A DNA stretch of 64,000 bases, taken from contig CAYVLY010000001.1 of NCBI GenBank assembly GCA_964452565.1, positions 14,638 through 78,637 on the forward strand, read 5' to 3'. Both the position numbers and the translations under genes were made by a program. Below the pieces are notes generated by a model. The model saw nothing but the letters and a program-made list of their open reading frames with translations. It was not told the DNA's origin and ran no database searches. Positions 58,727 to 64,000 of the stretch are shown piece after piece (within the stretch, counting starts at the first letter, position 1; every line of letters starts with the position of its first letter). The DNA is from an uncultured Gammaproteobacteria bacterium. GTDB taxonomy: Bacteria > Patescibacteriota > Patescibacteriia > UBA9934.

Positions 58727-60046
58727 ATGATGAATGCGAAAAAGGTACATATTATTGGGCTCGGTGGCATTGGAACGTCTGCTGTAGCTCGTTTATTTTT
58801 GGCTAAGGGTGCTAAGGTTAGTGGCTCTGACGTTGATCAAAGTTCTATCATCGATGATCTGCAGAATGAAGGGGTTGAGTTTCGTCTTGGGCACTTTGCG
58901 GAGAATGTTCCGCGCGAGTGTGATTTGGTTGTGTATTCACGTGCAGTTCCAGCTGACAATGTTGAGCGTCAGATTGTATTTGAGCGTTCGATTAGGGAGT
59001 TTTCATATCCTGAGTTCTTGGGAGAGTTTGCAAAAACAAAAAAGACAATTGCTGTGAGTGGGACAAATGGAAAAAGTACAACAACGGCGATGATAGCATC
59101 GATCCTCATCGAAGCGGGTTTAGATCCAACTGCAATAGTTGGGACACAGGTTCCAGGATGGGAAAAGCACAACTTACAAATCGGTGAGTCAGAATGGTTT
59201 GTAGTTGAGGCATGTGAACACATGGCGAGCATGCTTGAAATTACACCTGACATTGCTGTGATCACAAACATTGCTGAGGATCATCTTGACTTTTATTCTG
59301 ATCTTGATCAGATTGTCGATACGTTTCAAAAGTGGGCATCAAGCATTGAGCCTGGAGGCACATGCGTATTGAACGCGCAGGATAAGGAATCGCAGAAGAT
59401 AAAATTCGATCAAATTATTAAGTTCGAAGTTGGAGATCGTCACATAGACGGTGAGCATCAATCATTCATGGTTGACGGTGATCCGTACAAGCTTATGATC
59501 CCTGGTGACTTTAACGCACAGAATGCAGCAGCAGCTATCATGGCAGCAAAGCACATTGGCGTATCAGCTGGAGTTTGCGCGCAGGCTTTGGAGAAGTTTA
59601 AAGGCACGTGGCGGCGATTTGAATACTTGGGAGTTTGGCAGGATGCTGATATATACTCTGACTATGCCCATCATCCAGAGGCTGTTCGGGGTGCTATTGA
59701 GGCTTTTAGAGAGGCTTATCCACAACGTCGAATTGTTTTAGTTTTTGAACCGCATCAGCAGTCAAGGACTCAGGAGTTGTTTGATGATTTTGTGAAATGC
59801 TTTGATGGTGTGCAGGAATTAGTATTATCGGAAATCTACGAAGTTGAGGGCCGTAATGAGGATGATAAGATTTCATCAAAAGATCTGGCTGATAAGATCG
59901 AAGCCCGCAGATCGATACCACATGTACATTTCGCCCAGGATCACGATGCAGCTGAAAAGATTTTGGCTGACCGAGTACAACCAAACGACCTTGTAATAAT
60001 CATGGGCGCAGGTGACATTGATAATTTAGCTCGTAAGTTGGTTTAG
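58727..60046 (+). CDS. murC: UDP-N-acetylmuramate-L-alanine ligase
   Basis: GLGGIGTS, GTNGKSTT, EACE, DHLDFY, DYAHHP; start reassigned to ATG 58727. Confidence 0.95.
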   Translation: MMNAKKVHIIGLGGIGTSAVARLFLAKGAKVSGSDVDQSSIIDDLQNEGVEFRLGHFAENVPRECDLVVYSRAVPADNVERQIVFERSIREFSYPEFLGEFAKTKKTIAVSGTNGKSTTTAMIASILIEAGLDPTAIVGTQVPGWEKHNLQIGESEWFVVEACEHMASMLEITPDIAVITNIAEDHLDFYSDLDQIVDTFQKWASSIEPGGTCVLNAQDKESQKIKFDQIIKFEVGDRHIDGEHQSFMVDGDPYKLMIPGDFNAQNAAAAIMAAKHIGVSAGVCAQALEKFKGTWRRFEYLGVWQDADIYSDYAHHPEAVRGAIEAFREAYPQRRIVLVFEPHQQSRTQELFDDFVKCFDGVQELVLSEIYEVEGRNEDDKISSKDLADKIEARRSIPHVHFAQDHDAAEKILADRVQPNDLVIIMGAGDIDNLARKLV

Positions 60047-60047
60047 T

Positions 60048-61010
60048 ATGACTGAAGAATTAAAAGAAATTTTTGGTGATCGATTGCTTGAAAACGAGCC
60101 ACTCTCAAAGCACTTGGTTTTCCGTGTTGGTGGGCCTGCAAAGTGGTTTGCTACAGCAGAGAGTGTTGATGAGGTGAAGGCTGCAATCGATCTGTGCCGT
60201 GAGAACAGTATACATTGGGAGATCCTTGGCGGAGGATCAAACGCAATTGCAAGCGATGAGGGTTATGATGGACTTGTAATGAAGATCGGCATGATGGGAG
60301 TCCAGATCGATAATTCAACTGCCACAGTTGATGCAGGTATGCCCTCAGTTGCATTGGCGCGGCAGATGGCCGATCAAGGACTCTCAGGTCTTGAATGGAT
60401 GGTGTCTCTTCCTGGAACTGTTGGAGGAGCTATTCGTGGTAATGCTGGATGCTTTGGTGGCGAAATAAAGGATAGTATAAAAAAAGTCACAGTATTGCGT
60501 GATGGTGAGATAGTCGAGGTTGATACAAAAGATTTACAGTTTGGTTATAGGCATTCGTTCTTTAAAGAGCATGAGAATCGTGATGTCATTCTAAGAGCAG
60601 CTTTCAAGCTTCAAAAGGATGAACCAATGATGATCAAAGAGCGCATGCACGTAATTCTCGACAAGCGCAAGGATTCACAGCCCATAGCTTCAGGAACTGC
60701 TGGATGTACGTTTAAGAATTTCGAAATACCGAGTGATAAAGAGCGAATGCGGCTTGAGGATGAGACTGAAATTCCTACTCAGATGCTTGATTCTGGTCGT
60801 GTTAGTGCTGGCTGGCTGGTAGATCAACAAAACCTGAAAGGAACAAAGATTGGCGGAGCGCATATTAGTGAAGATCATGCCAACTTCATCATTAATGATG
60901 GGTCAGCAAAAGCTGACGATGTTCTTCAGCTAATATCATTAATGAAAACCAAAGTTCGTAACGCTTATGGCATCCAGCTGGATGAGGAGATCCAATATAT
61001 TGGGTTTTAG
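60048..61010 (+). CDS. murB: UDP-N-acetylenolpyruvoylglucosamine reductase
   Basis: GGPA, GGGSN, PGTVGGA..GNAG, YRHS, G.TFKN, HANF. Confidence 0.96.
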   Translation: MTEELKEIFGDRLLENEPLSKHLVFRVGGPAKWFATAESVDEVKAAIDLCRENSIHWEILGGGSNAIASDEGYDGLVMKIGMMGVQIDNSTATVDAGMPSVALARQMADQGLSGLEWMVSLPGTVGGAIRGNAGCFGGEIKDSIKKVTVLRDGEIVEVDTKDLQFGYRHSFFKEHENRDVILRAAFKLQKDEPMMIKERMHVILDKRKDSQPIASGTAGCTFKNFEIPSDKERMRLEDETEIPTQMLDSGRVSAGWLVDQQNLKGTKIGGAHISEDHANFIINDGSAKADDVLQLISLMKTKVRNAYGIQLDEEIQYIGF

Positions 61011-61019
61011 ATAATTACA

Positions 61020-61107
61020 GGCAACCACCCCCAGCCCCTCCTTGGGAAGGAGGGGAAATTCGATCAAAGTCCTCCCCATTCCCAAGGGGGAGATAGAGGG
61101 GGTTGCC
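61020..61107. repeat. REP-like palindrome pair of the DUF559-associated family
   Basis: ggcaacc...cccctccttgggaaggagggg...agggggagatagagggggttgcc. Confidence 0.75.
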
Positions 61108-61154
61108 ATTTAGAATAAACATCTTAAACATTTCAACACTTAAACAATCATCAT

Positions 61155-61466
61155 ATGCGAATTACACAAATTAACGGAACAAACCTAGAGCTTACGCAAG
61201 CAATCAAGGATTATGTAGAAAAGCGATTGTTTAAACTGGAAAAGTTTGCACAAGGTATAGAGCCATGCGACTGTGCTGCTGACGTTGGAAAAACAACTGC
61301 TGGACAACAAAAGGGGCGCATCTTTCGTGCTGAGTTCAACCTAACAGTTCCAGGAACTCTTTTGAGAGCTGAGGAGGTAGAGGAAGATCTGTATGCAGCG
61401 ATCGACGGTGCAACTGATCAGCTTGCGCGGCAGATTAAAGCATATAAGGAGAAGCTCCAGGGATAG
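61155..61466 (+). CDS. hpf: ribosome hibernation factor (HPF/RaiA, short form)
   Basis: LELTQAIKDYVEKRL...DLYAAID.A.D.L.RQI. Confidence 0.92.
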   Translation: MRITQINGTNLELTQAIKDYVEKRLFKLEKFAQGIEPCDCAADVGKTTAGQQKGRIFRAEFNLTVPGTLLRAEEVEEDLYAAIDGATDQLARQIKAYKEKLQG

Positions 61467-61506
61467 TTATAGAACATAGGGCATAGATTGGGACTGGTGC
61501 ATCATT

Positions 61507-61584
61507 TTCCATCCCGAGCGTAGCCGAGGGATCTCCCTGCCTGCCGGCAGGCAGGTCGATTCGCTTCGCTCTCTCGAAATGGAA
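61507..61584. repeat. REP-like element of the GIY-YIG-associated family with nested cctgcctgccggcaggcagg
   Basis: ttccatcccgagcgtagccgagggatctc...cgaaatggaa. Confidence 0.8.
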
Positions 61585-61650
61585 GTGTGGGTCAGTCTTT
61601 TTGAATCAAGCCTTGAAAAAAAGGCGTAAATAAGGCAGAATGCGAATGAT

Positions 61651-64000
61651 ATGAACAAAGTTTTAACCAAGATTTTTGGCGATCCAAACGTTAAGATCCT
61701 CAAAAAGCTCAAAAGTGATACAGAAAAGGTGAATGCTCTCGAGGAGAGCATTTCTAAGCTTAGTGATGACGAGCTTAAGGCAAAGACTGCAGAGTTTAAG
61801 TCAAAGCTTGAGGCCGGGGCCAAACTTGAAGATATTCAGTATGAGGCTTTTGCGGTTGTTCGGGCAGCTGCACAGCGAACAATCAAACAGCGTCACTATG
61901 ATGTGCAAATCATTGGTGGAATGGCACTGCACCGTGGAATGATCGCTGAGATGCGTACTGGTGAGGGTAAGACTCTTACGTCAACATGTTCGATCTATCT
62001 TAATGCGCTTGAAGGCAAAGGCGCACATGTCATTACGGTAAACGACTATCTTGCCAAGCGCGACACTGTCTGGATGGGACAGATTTTTCATTTTCTAGGA
62101 CTTTCTATTGGATGCATTCAGCAAGAGAGTGGATATCTTTATGACGAAGGATTTACAGCTGATGCACAAGAGGAAGAAGAGCTGGATGAAGAGCGCGATG
62201 CAACTGGATCGTTCAAAGTTCAGATGGATTACTTGCGACCAGCGGAACGATCAGACGCTTACAACGCAGACGTTACATATGGAACAAACAACCAGTTTGG
62301 TTTTGATTACTTGCGCGACAACATGGCAATGGATCTAAAGCAAAAGGTTCAGCGTGATCTTCACTATGCAATCATCGATGAGGTTGATTCAATTTTGATT
62401 GATGAGGCGCGTACACCTTTGATCATCTCGGCTCCAGCTGAAGAGTCAGCTGATTTGTATTATCGGTTTTCACATATCGTGTTAGGGCTTAAGGAAAATT
62501 TAGACTATAACCTTGATGAAAAACTTCGAGTTGCAACTTTCACAGAGGCTGGGTTCAAGAAGGTTGAAGAACGTTTAGGAATCGAAAACCTGTACGCCGA
62601 GGGCTTGCAGATGATTCACCATGCCGAACAAGCGCTTAAAGCTTATGTGCTTTTCAAAAAGGATAAGCATTATGTTGTTGCAGACGGTGAGGTGAAAATC
62701 GTGGACGAGTTTACTGGTCGAATCCTTGAGGGTCGACGATACTCAGAGGGTCTACATCAGGCCATTGAGGCTAAAGAGGGTGTTGATATCAAAAAAGAAA
62801 GTCGAACACTGGCGACGATCACTTTCCAGAACTACTTCAGAATGTACAGAAAGTTGGCTGGAATGACTGGTACTGCTGAGACTGAAGCAGAGGAGTTTGC
62901 AAAGATTTACAACCTAGACGTTGCAGTTGTTCCAACAAATCGTGAGATTCGACGAAAAGACTCTGTGGATAAGATTTTTAAGACTGAAAAGGGTAAGTTT
63001 TTGGCTGTTGTTGAGGAGATAAAGCGGTTAAGAGAGACTGGTCAGCCGGTTTTGGTCGGAACTGCATCTATCGAAAAGAACGAACTTCTTGACCAGCTTC
63101 TTACTAAGGCTGGAGTTCCACATGCAGCATTGAATGCTAAGAACCATGAAGGTGAGGCGCAGATCATTGCACAGGCTGGTAAAAAAAGCGCTGTGACTCT
63201 AGCTACCAATATGGCTGGTCGTGGTGTGGATATTATTCTTGGTGGAAATCCTTGCACAAAAGAAGAGCAGAGTTCGATCAAAGACTTTGGAGGTTTGCAT
63301 GTTTTAGGAACTGAGCGTCATGAGTCTAGGCGCATCGACAATCAGTTGCGTGGACGATCTGGTCGTCAAGGTGACCCGGGAAGTACACAGTTCTTTGTAT
63401 CCCTCGAAGATGATCTAATGCGTATCTTTGCATCTGATCGAGTCAAAAAGATGATGGATACATTCCAGATTGATGAGACAACACCAATTGAAAGTAAGAT
63501 GATCACTCGCTCGATCGAAAAGGCACAGGAACGCGTCGAAGGTCAGCACTTTGATACTCGTAAGCATGTTCTTGAATACGACGATGTTCTGAACCGTCAC
63601 CGCATGCATGTTTACAACTGGCGTGATCGAGTTCTTGAGCATGCGCAAGGATCAGAGGATGCGATTCTTGAAATGATTGAAGATGAAGTAGAGCGCGTGG
63701 TTTATTTCCACACAGAGCCAAAAACTAAGGCTGATGTGCCAGATCAGTTTAAGGATGCAAAGCAAGATGAAAAGAAGCAGGGTGACTGGGATCCAAAAGA
63801 GATTGTCGAAAGCCTTGTTACAATACTGCCAGTCGACGGTAAGTTTGAAGAGCTTGTGAGGACCGAGTTCGCAACACGTGAAAAGGATCAGCTGGTTCTA
63901 GCTGGCAAGCGAACTAAAGTTATCGAAGCCTTCATGATGCTTGCTAAGGCGCGATTGAATGAGCTCAAAGAGCAGATCGAGGAAGAAGAGAAGTATCACC
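61651..64000 (+). CDS. secA: preprotein translocase ATPase SecA (3'-truncated; missing from the ORF track)
   Basis: Hand translation: [78 protein letters not shown]. Confidence 0.97.
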   Translation, partial: MNKVLTKIFGDPNVKILKKLKSDTEKVNALEESISKLSDDELKAKTAEFKSKLEAGAKLEDIQYEAFAVVRAAAQRTIKQRHYDVQIIGGMALHRGMIAEMRTGEGKTLTSTCSIYLNALEGKGAHVITVNDYLAKRDTVWMGQIFHFLGLSIGCIQQESGYLYDEGFTADAQEEEELDEERDATGSFKVQMDYLRPAERSDAYNADVTYGTNNQFGFDYLRDNMAMDLKQKVQRDLHYAIIDEVDSILIDEARTPLIISAPAEESADLYYRFSHIVLGLKENLDYNLDEKLRVATFTEAGFKKVEERLGIENLYAEGLQMIHHAEQALKAYVLFKKDKHYVVADGEVKIVDEFTGRILEGRRYSEGLHQAIEAKEGVDIKKESRTLATITFQNYFRMYRKLAGMTGTAETEAEEFAKIYNLDVAVVPTNREIRRKDSVDKIFKTEKGKFLAVVEEIKRLRETGQPVLVGTASIEKNELLDQLLTKAGVPHAALNAKNHEGEAQIIAQAGKKSAVTLATNMAGRGVDIILGGNPCTKEEQSSIKDFGGLHVLGTERHESRRIDNQLRGRSGRQGDPGSTQFFVSLEDDLMRIFASDRVKKMMDTFQIDETTPIESKMITRSIEKAQERVEGQHFDTRKHVLEYDDVLNRHRMHVYNWRDRVLEHAQGSEDAILEMIEDEVERVVYFHTEPKTKADVPDQFKDAKQDEKKQGDWDPKEIVESLVTILPVDGKFEELVRTEFATREKDQLVLAGKRTKVIEAFMMLAKARLNELKEQIEEEEKYH

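Overview
64 kb of chromosome from an AT-rich bacterium that I infer to be Patescibacteria/CPR (Uhrbacteria-like), based on giant Ig-repeat surface proteins, a type IV pilus operon with stand-alone receiver domains, a membrane-anchored Clp ATPase and largely Shine-Dalgarno-free, apparently leaderless core genes. Core genes: HU, rpmB, uvrD/pcrA, ugd, tgt, MraY/WecA-like transferase, rplU, recR, ybaB, dnaB, folD, glyA, murC, murB, hpf and a partial secA. Accessory content: a 2393-aa surface protein and three tandem surface-protein paralogs sharing one C-terminal domain; several REP-like palindrome families next to small nucleases (GIY-YIG, DUF559), two copies of which lie inside reading frames; heptamer and decamer repeat arrays. 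The main unexplained pattern is nine dispersed, mostly GC-rich single-gene cassettes. Each has its own sigma70-type promoter, a Shine-Dalgarno site that most host genes lack, and a shared 3' end (GC hairpin followed by a TTCANTGCTT-like motif, often preceded by ACGTAC). Two adjacent cassettes have near-identical flanks around very divergent ORFs. No rRNA, tRNA, CRISPR array, integrase or transposase was recognised. All calls come from reading the sequence; no database searches were run.
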